From Podarcis liolepis (lineage: Eukaryota), in the NCBI GenBank assembly GCA_965112155.1, contig OZ218100.1: 64,000 nt of DNA; one strand, 5' to 3'. This document shows positions 33,101 to 45,721 of the stretch, piece by piece; positions within the stretch are counted from its first letter, which is position 1; each line of letters starts with the position of its first letter. Both the position numbers and the translations under genes were made by a program. Below the pieces are notes generated by a model. It made no database searches and was not told where the DNA came from. It saw nothing but the letters and a program-made list of their open reading frames with translations.

Positions 33101-36100
33101 AGATCTAGTGAAAAATCTGGAATGAAATGTTTCCATTGCAATCCATACTACAATGTAATGAAGAAATGAACTGATTAAATTCAAAATTGACCACAGTGTT
33201 TATTTCCTATCTTATTTAAGAGGATGACGAAACTACCTTCCAGAAGGATCATAGTAACTCATCTCCCTCCTCATTTACTACCCAAATCTATTTTCAAAAG
33301 TAAAGCCAAGGTGAGTACATGCATTTTACAGTCTTTCAGCTAAGACTGCATTACTACAGCATTCACTTAAATGTTATTTGAGAGCATTAAGAGCACAATC
33401 TTAAAGCGTGATTTATATCTTTGTGTTTCAGATACTGGTGCTGACTCGGAATCCCAAAGATACAGTGGTGTCTTATTTTCATTTCAACAATAATTTTCCT
33501 GGCTTTCCCAATGCAACATGGGATGCATATTTCACAGATTTTATGAATGGACAAGGTATCCTTTTTATTTTACGGCAAATGTCAAAAATAATATATGCAA
33601 GAGTAGTTCATGGTATGAGAAGAGATTCTGGATCCAGCACCCCATTTTGATATCTAGGTGGAAGCAGAAGCCTAGAGTATGTACTGTCCACTTTGGTTAA
33701 TATGCCAGCTTCATCCTTTCCCAGAGACTTAGGACCTAGACACAGTCAAGAATGCTATGGAAAGAAGGGAGCCAACTTGAATAAAATATCGGGAGGGGCA
33801 GGTAAGCCCTGCCCCGCATAATCAATCTCAGGATGTAGCACACAGACACAATTTGAATGGAAATGTCCATCAACTTTGGGTGGGAACTCAAATATTTTAT
33901 GGGGGGAGGGTGAAGTATATTAAAATACAATAATTCATCAAATACAAAAAGCGTCCCTAAACAGGGCTGCCTTCAGAGGTCTTCTAAAAACCAGATAGTT
34001 GTTTATTTCTTTGACATCTGATGGGAGGGTGTTCCACAGGGTGGGCGCCACTACCAAGAAAGCCCTCTGCCTGGTTCCCTGTAACTTCGCTTCTCGAAGG
34101 GCCTCGGCGCTGGACCTCAGTATCCAGACCTAGACCTACATGAGCTGCGCTGTTTGCCAGTACGTATCTAAGCTAATTTTATTGTGCTGGTTTCAACCTT
34201 TAAAATCCTATATTGTCAGGGCGGGTATCGGGAGCAGGTCAGCAATAACTCACAATGTGTTGGTGAAGTTCACTCTTTATTCAAAGAGACAAAACAGCTC
34301 AGGTCTAGTGAGCACAGCAACTCCTCCCATTAGATCTTGCCCCAATGAGGCAGTTGCAAGGACTAAAGGTCCCCCCGCCTTCCCGCAGCTGCCCAAGACT
34401 ACTCCTTCCCCACTTCCTTTCCGAGCAATCTGAGGCTCCATCACCTTGCCTGCCTCTACTCTGCCCTCTTCATGCCACTGTGGGTTCTGGGAGACCAGGG
34501 GGGGTACCTAGTTGCAGCAGGAGGGGAAGACCCCCTGGATTCTTCAGCAGCCTGCCTGATCTTTGCCTCTTGATGCCTCTCCTCTCCAGTCTCCACTTCT
34601 GCCTCTGATTCTGGACTGCTCTCTGCCCCAGCCTCTTCCTGCTCACTAAACCCTTTCCCCTCTTCAGCTTCTGACACCCCCTCTTCCCAGCCTGCTCCCT
34701 CTTCTCCCTCTGACAACTCATCATTGTCCCACCACCAATCCCCTGGCTCTGAGCTATCATCACTTGGAAACCATCACTCCCTTGGGAACCAGCTGGTGCC
34801 TCCCACCACTCCTGTGCATCCAGCCAGTCCATGACAGCGACACATGTATATGCCTTCTTAAAACATCCATGTCCACATGAATGGGAATGCCAGTCCAATG
34901 AGAGTTCCCACATGTGTGTATGCTGGTGAGTTTATGTGTGTATGCTAACAGTGAGCTTAAAGTTCTCAGATAGTTTTTGCGTTAAGGATCTAAGGTGTAT
35001 GTGTGAATTCTAGGGGGCTCTGGGCATGGAAGAAACCAGGGATGATGCCACAAAAATGGTGAAGATGTTTTGGCGAGCTTACTCTGGTAGGGTACTGGTG
35101 GGTCACACATTCTTTCCATTCAGAATGACATAAAATGCTGTGTCTGGATTTGGGAGAAAAGTTGAAAAATAAAGGAAACCGCTAAGAACCTCTTAAACCC
35201 CCACACAAAAAGGAAAAACTGATGAAATGCTCCTCTAGTTTATATAATTTCTACTTCAATGTGTTTGTTGTGGAAAACAGTGCTGCTTCCCCCAGCAATT
35301 CTAATTTGCATAGCTGAATTTGCTTATAATGATAAGCTCTAAAATGTTGATATCATGCAGCTTTCTTCTCCTTTTTATCCAGTGTGTTGGGGCTCCTACT
35401 TTGACCATGTCTCAGAATGGGACAAGTACGTTGATGATGAAAATGTCATGGGCATATGTTACGAAGAACTTAAGGAGGTGAGGTTAACATTAGCCCCAGG
35501 GATATCAAAATAGGTTTCTTTGTGAACTGCTGTCGAAGAGATAAATGCAAAAGGACACTTTATAGGTGAATGTCCGGTCTGTGATGAGTACATACGGACT
35601 GTAGGACCCTGATAGAGACACATGCCCGACTGGCATGTTCTCTCCATCCTGCTCTGTCGTTTGGGAGCTTCCAAAGCTTTCTTCAGCCCGAACACCACAG
35701 CGACTGATACCAAGAAGCATCAGAACACTTAGGGGTCCACAGAGTATTCACAGCCAAAACATTCTGTCTCCGTCACTTCCCACTCTGTGGAATGAAAACA
35801 TACACCATCATGTGATAGACAACAATCCCATGACTCCAAACATGGATCAGGAATCTGAACACGGACATGTCATTACATGTCTGACTGTTTTCTGAAATGC
35901 TCATAACACAGATGTTGTGTAGGCTTGAGGCTGGCAGCTAAGCCAAAGAGATGGTTTCTTCTGGTCAGAGTTTTGAAAGCAAAAGCATGTATTAGGCTAG
36001 AATACCTCTCAACGGATACCTAGGTCACTCTACACCTATCACTATTACAAGTCCAGGAGGAAGCAGGGCTGATATCACAGCTGAAGAACCCAATTGAGTG

Positions 36101-37937
36101 AGTTTCTTTTTATATGACATTGGTCTCCACCTTCAGTGTAGAGTTAAAACATCATTTTTTAAAATATTTTAAAGTAATGTTATTTAAATATATAACAAAA
36201 AGAAAGGGAAAAAATATTGCCAGCTGACATACAAAAAAATAATAATCCATCAATCCTAATTTAAACATATAGCTTTATATGTCCATATGCCTAAATAGGT
36301 ATTTAAATGAGATTGACAGAAGGGTAGTGAAATCTTTGGACTACTGAGTAGTAGATGATGTTGGGTTAATTTAACAGACACATTACTTTTGCTCCACTAT
36401 AGATGTAATGTTTTTGACATATGCAATATGCTCTCTCTTGTTTATGAAAAAACAAAAGGATCTACATTCAGGATTGCAAAAAATAGCTAAATTCTTTGGG
36501 TTTTCCCTGACTGAAGAAGAAATTAAAAGTGTTGCCGAAAAAGGCAGCTTCAAAGCTATGAAGCAGAAATCTGCTGAAACTCATGGAGCATTTGGAGATG
36601 TTCTTTTCCGCAAAGGTAAATTTCTAGGGTATGGTGGGCGTTGATAAGATTGTTCACCAATAGTTGCCTGCTAAGTGATCACAACTATCTACAGTTACTT
36701 ATCAAGTTATATTTTGTGTATGCTTTTGTAAAGTAGGGATGCCACAAAGGGTTGCAAGGTTTAATTTTCAGTCCAGACCTGTGATTTCAAGGCAAGTTAT
36801 CATTCGGTGTTATCATTCAAGAACGCAGTGTAAAGGAATAGGAATCAATGTTTGACTGAATAAAATCAGCTCAGAAGTTGTTGAGGTTTGTGATGGAGAA
36901 AAGGCTGCCATCACCATGTCTCTGGTATCAACATGCAGCATCCTGGGGAACTTCCTCATGCCCCATTGGGACCCCTTTCTAATGCCTGCTCTGGACTCTC
37001 CTGTCCACATATTTCCCCCCAGTAGTAGACAGCGCAAAGCAACTGGGAGTCACCACTTAGATTTCCCACAATGATTTGATTCTGCCCCCTGTTTCCAAGA
37101 GCTAAGAGGGCACCCATGGTATATGGAGGACTTGGCATGGGAGGGATCCATCAGAAGGAACTATACCAAGGTCCCCCTCACACCATCAGGCAGTCATGTC
37201 TTTTGTGTCTCCTACTTTGGTGTCAGAAGTAGTTAAATTGGATAATATATTTAAAAAGAGAAACAGGTGGTGATTTTTCAAATATCACTTGGACATACAT
37301 CCCACAAGAGATGGTTGGAGATTGTGGAATAGGATGCCCATGAGTCCTACCTTACAGAAGACAGTGATCTATTTTTAAGAGCTGTTCCTAGTCGTTCTCT
37401 AGCTAAAGGTGTCCTCTGTTTGAGGGCTGTCCAGTCCAAGGTTGGCAAGTCACTTGGGGTATTCCTCAATCTGGTGAGATGTATTTCTATGCAAATATAT
37501 GCAAATCCACTTTATTTTGACATTGCATAATTGTCTACCCTATTGTGAAGTGAGAACCAATCCACTATCCTCTTTTAAAGTTAAACTTGACTTAGTTGCA
37601 ATGAAAAGTTCCTTTGTAAAAGACTGCCATCACACTGCCATAATTTTGCTGCTGTCTTGGCCGTCTGCTCCCTTTTCAAGCAAGTCGCAGTGACACTGCG
37701 TCTGGGAAGCCATTGCTGCAAATCCACCCCACTGAAGAGACTCCAGCTTAATAAAATACCTTCTGAATATATGTTACAACTATTCATTTATCTTAAACAT
37801 TTGCAGGATCTGTTGGTGACTGGAAAAGCCTGTTCTCAGAATCTCAGAACCAAGAAATGGACAGAAGGTTTGAAGAGTGTTTAGCCAAAAGCAAACTAGG
37901 AGCAAAGATGAAGTATGAGGTTTACTGCAAGATCTGA
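29911..37937 (+). CDS. SULT6B1: Cytosolic sulfotransferase, SULT6B1-like paralog 3 (7 coding exons, 313 aa)
   Basis: Exons 29911-30109, 31529-31674, 33221-33310, 33432-33555, 35383-35477, 36459-36615 and 37807-37937 join in frame (942 nt, TGA stop). Same SULT motifs as gene 2; the introns are partly alignable to gene 2. Confidence 0.93.
30137..30573 (-). mobile_element. Solo LTR
   Basis: TG...CA termini; 5-bp TSD CTAAC; empty site in gene 2 intron 1 (ccctaacaaaaatg). Confidence 0.8.
31210..31425 (-). mobile_element. L1 LINE ORF2 fragment
   Basis: The minus strand reads MAKWAQDFRYTIELEKWENLWKYDIKFSAC..KENFFKKM. Confidence 0.7.
31529..31674 (+). CDS. SULT6B1: SULT6B1-like gene 3, coding exon 2
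   Basis: [19 protein letters not shown]...RLEFEDPDAIK; 146 nt. Confidence 0.9.
32276..32424. mobile_element. pogo/Tigger-like MITE
   Basis: Ends in CTGAGGTACCACTG-TA; degenerate left TIR. Confidence 0.6.
33221..33310 (+). CDS. SULT6B1: SULT6B1-like gene 3, coding exon 3
   Basis: [30 protein letters not shown]; 90 nt. Confidence 0.92.
33432..33555 (+). CDS. SULT6B1: SULT6B1-like gene 3, coding exon 4
   Basis: ILVLTRNPKDTVVSYFHF...[12 protein letters not shown]; 124 nt. Confidence 0.92.
33930..34125 (-). mobile_element. L2 LINE 3' fragment
   Basis: Reverse complement of the 11880-12060 L2 segment. Confidence 0.8.
34214..34836 (-). mobile_element. Solo LTR-like element
   Basis: TGTCA...TGACA termini; minus-strand AATAAA; purine-rich body similar in style to 30137 and 38403. 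Confidence 0.6.
35383..35477 (+). CDS. SULT6B1: SULT6B1-like gene 3, coding exon 5
   Basis: [32 protein letters not shown]; 95 nt. Confidence 0.92.
36459..36615 (+). CDS. SULT6B1: SULT6B1-like gene 3, coding exon 6
   Basis: [14 protein letters not shown]...[12 protein letters not shown]; 157 nt; purine-rich acceptor. Confidence 0.88.
37807..37937 (+). CDS. SULT6B1: SULT6B1-like gene 3, coding exon 7
   Basis: [22 protein letters not shown]...MKYEVYCKI*; 131 nt. Confidence 0.92.
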
Positions 37938-37989
37938 GGAGGCAACCTATATTCGAAGGGCTGCCTGCCTCCTGCATTGTCTCTTGGAA

Positions 37990-38156
37990 NNNNNNNNNNN
38001 NNNNNNNNNNNNNNNNNNNNNNNNNNNNNNNNNNNNNNNNNNNNNNNNNNNNNNNNNNNNNNNNNNNNNNNNNNNNNNNNNNNNNNNNNNNNNNNNNNNN
38101 NNNNNNNNNNNNNNNNNNNNNNNNNNNNNNNNNNNNNNNNNNNNNNNNNNNNNNNN
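37990..38156. other. Assembly gap (167 N) in the gene 3 3' UTR
   Basis: Run of N; both flanks align to the gene 2 3' UTR, and the right flank begins with an L2 3'-tail fragment. Confidence 0.99.
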
Positions 38157-38402
38157 TGGCTGGGTTTCCCCAGCCACTCTGCGTATCAATACATTGATGG
38201 AGCCATAATGTTTCCTGTATCTGTATTTAAGTCTGTTTAAATTATGGATGCTTGAGGAATTTTTTCTTTGTGGATCTTAATTCAAACTGACTTGATCTCT
38301 GCTCATGGACTATTATATGAATCAGAACATAGTTATCCTTCAGATCTTGCTTTTCCCTGAACATTGCAAAGCAGCTTCCAGTTGAAACTATGTTTTATAA
38401 TG

Positions 38403-38568
38403 TGTCAGGGACTGGGCAGAGGAGGAATAGTGGACAGAGCGCCTCCCCAGCCTGACCCTTCCACAGAAGAGGAAGACAGTTCAGAATTACAGCAGGGGTT
38501 TGAGGAACGTCACAGCTCAGAGGCAGATGAGGGGAAAAGCTGGGAAATAATGGGAGAGGAGGGGGAGG

Positions 38569-38602
<34 letters not shown>

Positions 38603-38932
38603 GGAGCAACAGCTGACGGACTCAGTTTCTTTAGAAAGCATTCCGGATCCCCCCTCCCAGAATCCGGTGAAACTTGAAAGTAGGAGAGCAAAGAGCTCAA
38701 AGGCAAAGGGCACTTTTCAGCACCTGAAGGAAAGACTATGAGATTGACAAATGAGGAACTGGGAGAGATGGAGGGGGTGGAGATTCACTCGGGACGACGC
38801 CATTATTCCGAAAGGCTACATTCCCAAGCCTCTCTGTGTGAATATTTAATAAAAGCAGATGTAAAGGACTTTTCCTTGTCTTGTCCGTTCCTGGCAACCT
38901 GCTGTGGGGGTTGGTTTCTCTGCTGCCTGACA
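38403..38932 (+). mobile_element. Solo LTR-like element containing (GCA)n
   Basis: TGTCAGG...CCTGACA termini; AATAAA ~38849; flanked by taatg/gaatg. Confidence 0.65.
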
Positions 38933-39334
38933 GAATGCTTATTTTAAGAAGAAATGCACTTAGAATGCACATGTTAAGAAGAAATACAATGTATATTTTA
39001 AGAGGTCTTCCCCTCACACCCTCCCTTTAGGCAAGCTGTTTGGGAAGTTTATTTGGGGCGCAGGCATAAAGCCGCATATTGCTTTTTCTAAATTAAGCTC
39101 ACAGTTGCACAAAGATCTACTCTCCCCAATTTATGTATTACAAAGCATACTTGATTTCCCAGGCTATGTTCTGGAGATCAGAATTAGACTCTAATGCACC
39201 TGAATGGGCCAGGATAGATACTGATGATCTAGTGCCATTTCAATATAGATAATGCTAAATGAGCCTTCTGTATCAGGCCAAGGGCTTCTCTAATCCATCA
39301 TTCTGCTCTCACCTTGGACAACCAGTTGCAGCAG

Positions 39335-40120
39335 TCACTTACTCTGGAATTGCTCGATAGAGACTCTCCTCCCTGAAAGAGAGGGGAGTGGTTGTGGACG
39401 GGAGCCCGAGCGCCGCCCAGCAGGGGGCATTGCCCCCTGCCTCCAGCTCACCTGGCTGGCGCTCACGCCCCCCCCGGTGGCCACCCAACCAGGTGCCTCT
39501 GAGGGGGCGTGTTCAGCAGCCTTTTGCTGCAGCGCCAGCCACTCCCTGGCCTCATTCCTCGTCGTCCCGTTGCGAGTCACCCACCCTCCACTCCCTTTTA
39601 GTTAGGGCTTGGGTCATTGGCCTTGCTATGGACCTTAGGTTGGTCGCCCTGGTTGACCGGGGGGCCTGGTAGGAGTTTATCCATTTGGCATTAGGCTTTT
39701 TGGTTTTTTCGCCTACCTCGTAGCAATCGTCACAACTTTTGTGGTATTGGTGGGTAGGTTAGGCATTGGAATAATGTGTTGTGGTGTGTCGAAGTGCTAG
39801 GTGTGGCCATCGCCTATGCCTTCAATTTTTAGGGGTATTCCGTTAAAGGAATCTGGTGGTCGTGTATTCTGTCCGATGCCTGCTTGGCGGGAGGCCATGG
39901 CACGACCCTCGGTGATAGCAGGGGTGAGCCTATAGTTGGATTAGCATCAACAGGCTCCACCTACTGGTGAATAAACCCACTTGTTTCGATCCAATGCCTA
40001 AGCCAATACCTTTTCATTGCTGTAATCAATAAAGTTGTGGCCTTTTCTAGCCCATCAACCTTATATCACGTGTCCTTGTGCCTTCATTTCACTTCGCGGG
40101 GGTCGGGTCCTCGAACCACA
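39335..40120 (+). mobile_element. DIRS/Ngaro-like non-autonomous retroelement
   Basis: CpG-rich block ending in caataaagttgtggcc, a terminus I associate with squamate DIRS-like repeats; no ORF recognised. Confidence 0.4.
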
Positions 40121-40339
40121 ATTGCACCCTTTTGGAAAGAAGTTCTGACAAGGATGAAGATGACTTAAAAAACTTCTGTTACCCTGGGAGACATACAAGC
40201 TTTGTACATTCTAGATCTATCAGGGGCCAGAATTGAAGGTGTAGTTTAAAAAGGCCACATTAGTTGTGAAATAAACCACAACGCAGAACTGGAAAGCAAT
40301 TGGAAGTTCATCCATCTGTCTTGGGAGACAACTGAAGGG

Positions 40340-40455
40340 TGCACTTTCAGGGTTAAAGTCAAACCATTGGAGAGTGACAGCGTTTTCTGTGGCTGTAGAG
40401 ACCGATATGGGGAAGAGATGTTTTGTTGCAGGTTGGGCAGATGAAGGTGTCAAGT
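40340..40455 (-). mobile_element. RTE-clade LINE 3' end
   Basis: DTFICPTCNKTSLPHIGLYSHRKRC, the C-terminal zinc-finger motif of RTE ORF2. Confidence 0.7.
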
Positions 40456-40475
40456 TTTGCTGCTACAGGTGCACC

Positions 40476-40521
<46 letters not shown>
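40476..40521. repeat. (TAA)n microsatellite
   Basis: Trinucleotide run. Confidence 0.95.
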
Positions 40522-40522
<1 letters not shown>

Positions 40523-41179
40523 TCCCTGTAACCTCACTTCTCACAGGGAGGAAACCGCCAGAAGGCCCTCAGAGCTGGATCTCAGTGGGGGGGCAGAATG
40601 GTGGGGGTGGAGATGCTCCTTCAGATATACTGTTTTAAAGTATATAAAGGGTTTTGAAGTATGGTTACCAGATTTTTTTGCAATGAATCCGGGGACACTT
40701 TTTTTTTTTTTAAACTGAGTAGCAACAGGGAGTCAGTAGTGGAGATGGTGAGGCAAAAGACCCTGGGTCCAAGCACACATGCATATTGTATAAAGGTGCA
40801 AAGCCTTTCTTTCACACCCTGTGATACATAAATGTGCAGAGTTCTTTTTTAAAAAACTGGGCAATGGCGCACCGCCCACCTGTGACTCCTGAGCCTTCCC
40901 CAATCTCCTTCCCCCTTGACAGATCAGGGGAGGCTCAGGAGTCATGGGTGGGCGGTTGTTTCCCAGGAGGGGCCAGCCTGGTAGTGCAGTTGGCTCTGGC
41001 TGGCTTCAGGAGCTGCTCACTGCTGTGGCACAGGAAAAATGATGGGCACCACGGCAGCGAGCAGCTCCTGGAGCCAGCTAGAGCCAACTGCGCTAACAGG
41101 CTGGCTCCGGGCTGCTGAGGCTGCCACTGCCACGTTTGCAGGGACATATGTGCAAATCCGGGGATGTCTGGTAACCCTA

Positions 41180-41430
41180 TTTTAAAGGTCATCACTAACA
41201 CTTTGAATTGTGCTCGGAAATGTACTGGGAGCCAACGTAGGTCTTTCAGCACCAGTGTTAGGTGGTCTCGGCAGCCACTTCCAGTCACCAGTCTAGCTGC
41301 CGCATTCTGGATTAGTTGTAGTTTCCGGGTCACCTTCAAAGCCCCACACAGAGCGCATTGCAGTAGTCCAAACGAGAGATAACCAGAGCATGCACCACTC
41401 TGGCGAGGCAGTCCATGTGCAGGTAGGGTC
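41180..41430 (-). mobile_element. L2 LINE fragment
   Basis: KVTRKLQLIQNAAARLVTG..LWLPV.FRAQFKVLV on the minus strand. Confidence 0.85.
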
Positions 41431-44024
41431 TCACCATGGTGTTTCCCCTCTCTGTGCTCCTTCTAATGGTCATTTCACTTCTGGTCAGGTTGTGAAAAAA
41501 AGGACATAAAATTTAAAAAGAAGACACATTCATAGTAATAGGGCCAGAATTCATAGATTCTGCATGTTGGCCTAGTTTGCCTGACATGGTAAGCCAAATT
41601 TACCAGGACAATGCCGACATACAAACTTCCAGGGCGATGCTCACAATGGCTCAGTTCCCTCCTGGTCTTGTCTATTTCCTTAGGAATAAACACATGCAAA
41701 AGTGACAAGAACCATGCTGTTTTATTGCAATCATATTTATGTTATTTAATAGATTGTTTCAATTTGTTTATGATTTAATTCTATTAATGCTTTTTTAAAA
41801 TGATTGCTTTCTGCACTCCCATGTTTTTAGATGTTGCTATTTTATCAGAAAGCCACCCTGAGTTCCTATCAGGGGAAAATGTGGAGTGTAAATAAATAAA
41901 TGAAGAAGACGAAGAAGAAGAAGAAAAAGAGAACCAGAAATAAACTGATTAAAATACTTATCTTTTTAAACCCCCTGGAACCAACAGACTCTTTCCCAGG
42001 CCTTCTGGGAGATGCAAGGGAGTGAAAATGGGACATTCTGAATGCAAATCTGTAGTCCAGCATTAAGTTCTGGTCCCTTAATATAACAGTTGCAAACAAG
42101 AAACAAATTAAAATAACAACAGAAAAAATATTCAAAAAATCAGTATTGACTCTACACTGACTGTCGGTCCACCAGGTGGAATATGGAATACAATAATAAA
42201 CAAATCCACCAGGTGTCGCCTTTTTACACTGTATTTGACTAATGGGTGACCTTTCAAACTTCTTTTTCTGTAAAAGCCAACAAATTAATGATTTGGGTGT
42301 TTCATTTTGTTTTAAAGACGCAACCCCTCCCCAAAACTCCAGGGATATGTCTAGAATCTAAAATTAGTCTACCTTTTCTGTAGACTGCTAATAGGAAGAG
42401 TGAAAACAATTTGAAATAATTTTGACTCCTGTCAAGAATTGCCCAGCATCATACGATGGGCACACAAACTCTCTCTTGCTATTCTGCCAGTGCAGTGGAA
42501 TGCAGCAAAAAGGGAAGAAAACAGAACGGCATTGGTCTTGCTGGAGGAACAGCATTATAGTAATTGGGACAAGGAAGCCCCTTCCACTGCTTTTTGGCAG
42601 TGTGCAAATTCACTAGGAAACCAGGGTCTCTCAAAGCCTCTGCAATAAATGCCTTTAAAATGCCCACAGGAATAAATTTGCTCCTTCTGCAATGCTGATT
42701 GTGTGTGCAAGTAAGTGTGTTAGATATGGCCTAAGCCGTCCCCTTTAAGTTTTTCTCAGTTTCTCATCTCATTTTCCCACTTAAATTTTATTCTTCGTTG
42801 TTTCATGCAATTCTTCTTTTAAGTCCTCAAAAACATTCGCCAGCATTTTAGCACTCATAATCACATTTTGGGTTGGGATTTTGCCTAATATACAGATATT
42901 TCTGCATGCATTTCTCCCTAGTATTGTGCGTTTTTGTATGTAATTTCCACAAATATATGCATTTTAATGCACGCTTCTCCCTACTGTACACTTTTTTTGG
43001 GGGGGGGGTATTTGATTGGAGACCCACATCACAAAATCCTGGGAAGTGTAAATGGGGAAGTATACCATGTGTATTATTTTGGAAAGCATGGGTGAGGTTG
43101 GTTCTAATCAGCATGCAGACCAAACTGAATTTCTTCTGTATCTTGTGTGTGCGTGTAGGTGGATGCCTGTGTTTGTAATCTCAAAATAACTTGGAAAGCT
43201 AAGTTGCTCCTGATTAGTTCTATTGTAGTTTTAAAGCAGAGCTTGCCATGGTTTGGTGGAGAAAAGAGTGTTCCAAGTTGCTTGGAGGACTGAAGCTGGC
43301 AAAAGAGTAATAGACTGATAGGGGGAGGAATGTGGTCTCATGGTAGGAAAAATACCATGTATACATTGGCTGGTACAAATCTGTCATAACTATTTGCATT
43401 CTTTATGGGAGCTGAAGATAGAGGGGGGAGAAAATCCCTGGTCACTAGCAGCTCCCTTTCTACTGTAATCTGATTTTTTTTTTAATGGACCTCCCAAGGA
43501 AGGATTCTTTGTTTTGAAACAAGCCACCCACAATGGGAATTTTTGGCAAATGCTCTGAATACTATGCAGGCAGCTGCTTTGCATTTGGCATTCCCTGCCA
43601 CCAAGGGCTTCAGCATGTAAAGTGGTTGCAGGATGCGGCTCGTGCCATTCCTTCCACTTTTCAGTCCCTCGATCCCATCTCCAGCCCAGGAGCAGACCTT
43701 AGACAAAGGGCACATATAGGACCAGAACCCACACTCCATCACCTAAGCAGATACATGCAGATACAACCTCACAGCTGCGTGAGTGGAGAAGGAGGAGTGG
43801 GGCTTCCTTCAGCTCAGAATAAAGTGAGACCATAGTATCATTCATCTTGCACATGTCAAATATGGTGTCAAGGAACAGCTCCCAGCATCCTGGAAGAAAG
43901 CCCTTGTTGGTTTAGCAGCACCCAAATGACCAAGGTCAAAAATCGACCCTGCAAGGTAGACTACTGCCACCACTCCAATCAGTCTGGGCCAGGAGACTCC
44001 CAGAACCTTAGTGGATGTCATCAG

Positions 44025-44117
44025 CATAGCTGTCAATGTTTCTCTCTTTTTTTCAAGGGAAATTCCCTTATTCCGAATAGGATTCCTCGCAAGAAAAGGG
44101 AAAAGTTGACACCTATG
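44025..44117. mobile_element. ~90-bp hAT-type MITE
   Basis: Same family as 1043; perfect TSD GTCATCAG. Confidence 0.8.
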
Positions 44118-44129
44118 GTCATCAGGCTC

Positions 44130-44179
<50 letters not shown>

Positions 44180-44447
44180 TTATTATTTATACCCCGCCCA
44201 TTTGGCTGGGCCTCCCCAGCCACTCTGGGCGGCTTCCATAAAAACCAAAAATACAATAAAATATCACACGTTAAAAACTTCCCTGAACAGGGCTGCCTTA
44301 AGATGTCTCCTGAATGTCAGGTAGTTGTTTATCGCTTTGACATCTGCTGGAAGGGCATTCCACAGGGCGGGCGCCACTACCGAGAAGGCCCTCTGCCTGG
44401 TTCCCTGTAGCTTTGCTTCTCACAGTGAGGGAACCGCCAGAAGGCCC
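44130..44447 (-). mobile_element. L2 LINE 3' end with (TAA)n tail
   Basis: Reverse complement of the L2 tail seen at 11890-12195. Confidence 0.85.
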
Positions 44448-44668
44448 AGCGTCTTTGTTCTCTGATCCTCAAGGCCATCAAGTTAGTCAGTAGCAGGAAC
44501 CAATAAGTTAGGAACTAAATTCAGCACTCCAGGCTTTAGCCAAAGAAAGACAATAAAAATACATGAGGTGGATTTATTAAAATGGATTTTCAAAAATAGC
44601 AAGATGAAAGAGAACCTCCATACCAGTGAGAGATAGAAGGAAGAAGTAGAGTTAAGAAATAATAAAGA

Positions 44669-44703
<35 letters not shown>

Positions 44704-44892
44704 GGGAATTATCTCACAGAATCAAAACAAGAAAGCAAACTTGCTAGCTTTATTACAAACCAGAAGAGGAACTGAGCTCACAGAAACACCCAGGAGCCCA
44801 GAGGTGTTGTACAGGTGTCAGGAACAAAGGTATGTGGCAAACGACAGATGATGGCTTTACCTGAGCAGCACAAATCCTGCCATACTCCAGAG

Positions 44893-45028
44893 CACGTACA
44901 GGCAAACTTGGCCCTCCATATGTTTTGGGACTACAACTCCCATCATCCCTGACCACTGGTCCTGTTAGCTAGGGGTGATGGGAGTTGTAGTCCCAAAACA
45001 TCTGGAGGGCCAAGTTTGCCTATGCCTG
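44893..45028. mobile_element. Palindromic hAT-type MITE
   Basis: gggactacaactcccatcatccc hairpin; TSD ctccagag/caccagag. Confidence 0.8.
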
Positions 45029-45721
45029 CACCAGAGGAATAGCTGCAGAGGTTTTCGTGCAAGGTTGGCTTCCACAGTTCTGGGGTGGATGAAAACGGAA
45101 TCACTTGCAAATCTCCCCATGTGTTTTCTGGGCAATTACGGTAGTCTGAAAACTGCAGGCATGAGAGTGGTGCCCCAGAGAAGAAACATGCTGTCACAGA
45201 AAATTAGTTTCTGGGAGTTCTGTGCTTAGTTTAAACCCAGTCATGTACATCCAGGTCTTTATTTTAGCCCTTGGCTTCAATAGTTCTTTCCTTGTGTCCC
45301 TGATCATTTTTGCTCTAGACACCCATTTGTGAACACATGTTTACGATGGGTATATATTCATATGAATCTTGAGAATGTATGGGGTATTTGGTGCTTGTCC
45401 GAGGTAAAGCAGGATCTCTACAAGGCAGCACCTTTAAAGTTGATTTTGTGGTGGGAAGCATTAAAAGGGATTCATGACAATCATTCCTTCTGATGACAAG
45501 CTAGACTTGTCAGTTGTGAAGGAGCCCCCACCCGCTGCCAGCAATCCTGGCATCTTCCTTAGACAGAAATGTCACTCTTGCAAAACTGCTCTCTTCCAGA
45601 AAGCATTGGGTTTGGAGTGCCAGTAAAATTGTTTCCACTGACAACAAGCTAGATATGTCAGTGACAACAGAACTCTCTCCCCACCCTGTCATTTATCCTT
45701 CATTTTCCCATCATCCCTAAA

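Noticed and set aside
37990-38156. A fourth SULT paralog hidden in the N gap
   Set aside because: The flanks are collinear with the gene 2 3' UTR and the right side is an L2 tail, so the gap most likely covers a small repeat; long reads would be needed to exclude a collapse fully.
38364-38741. Acidic/poly-Ala ORFs here and at 30240-30581 and 34456-34913
   Set aside because: All lie within solo-LTR-like elements with purine-biased low-complexity sequence.
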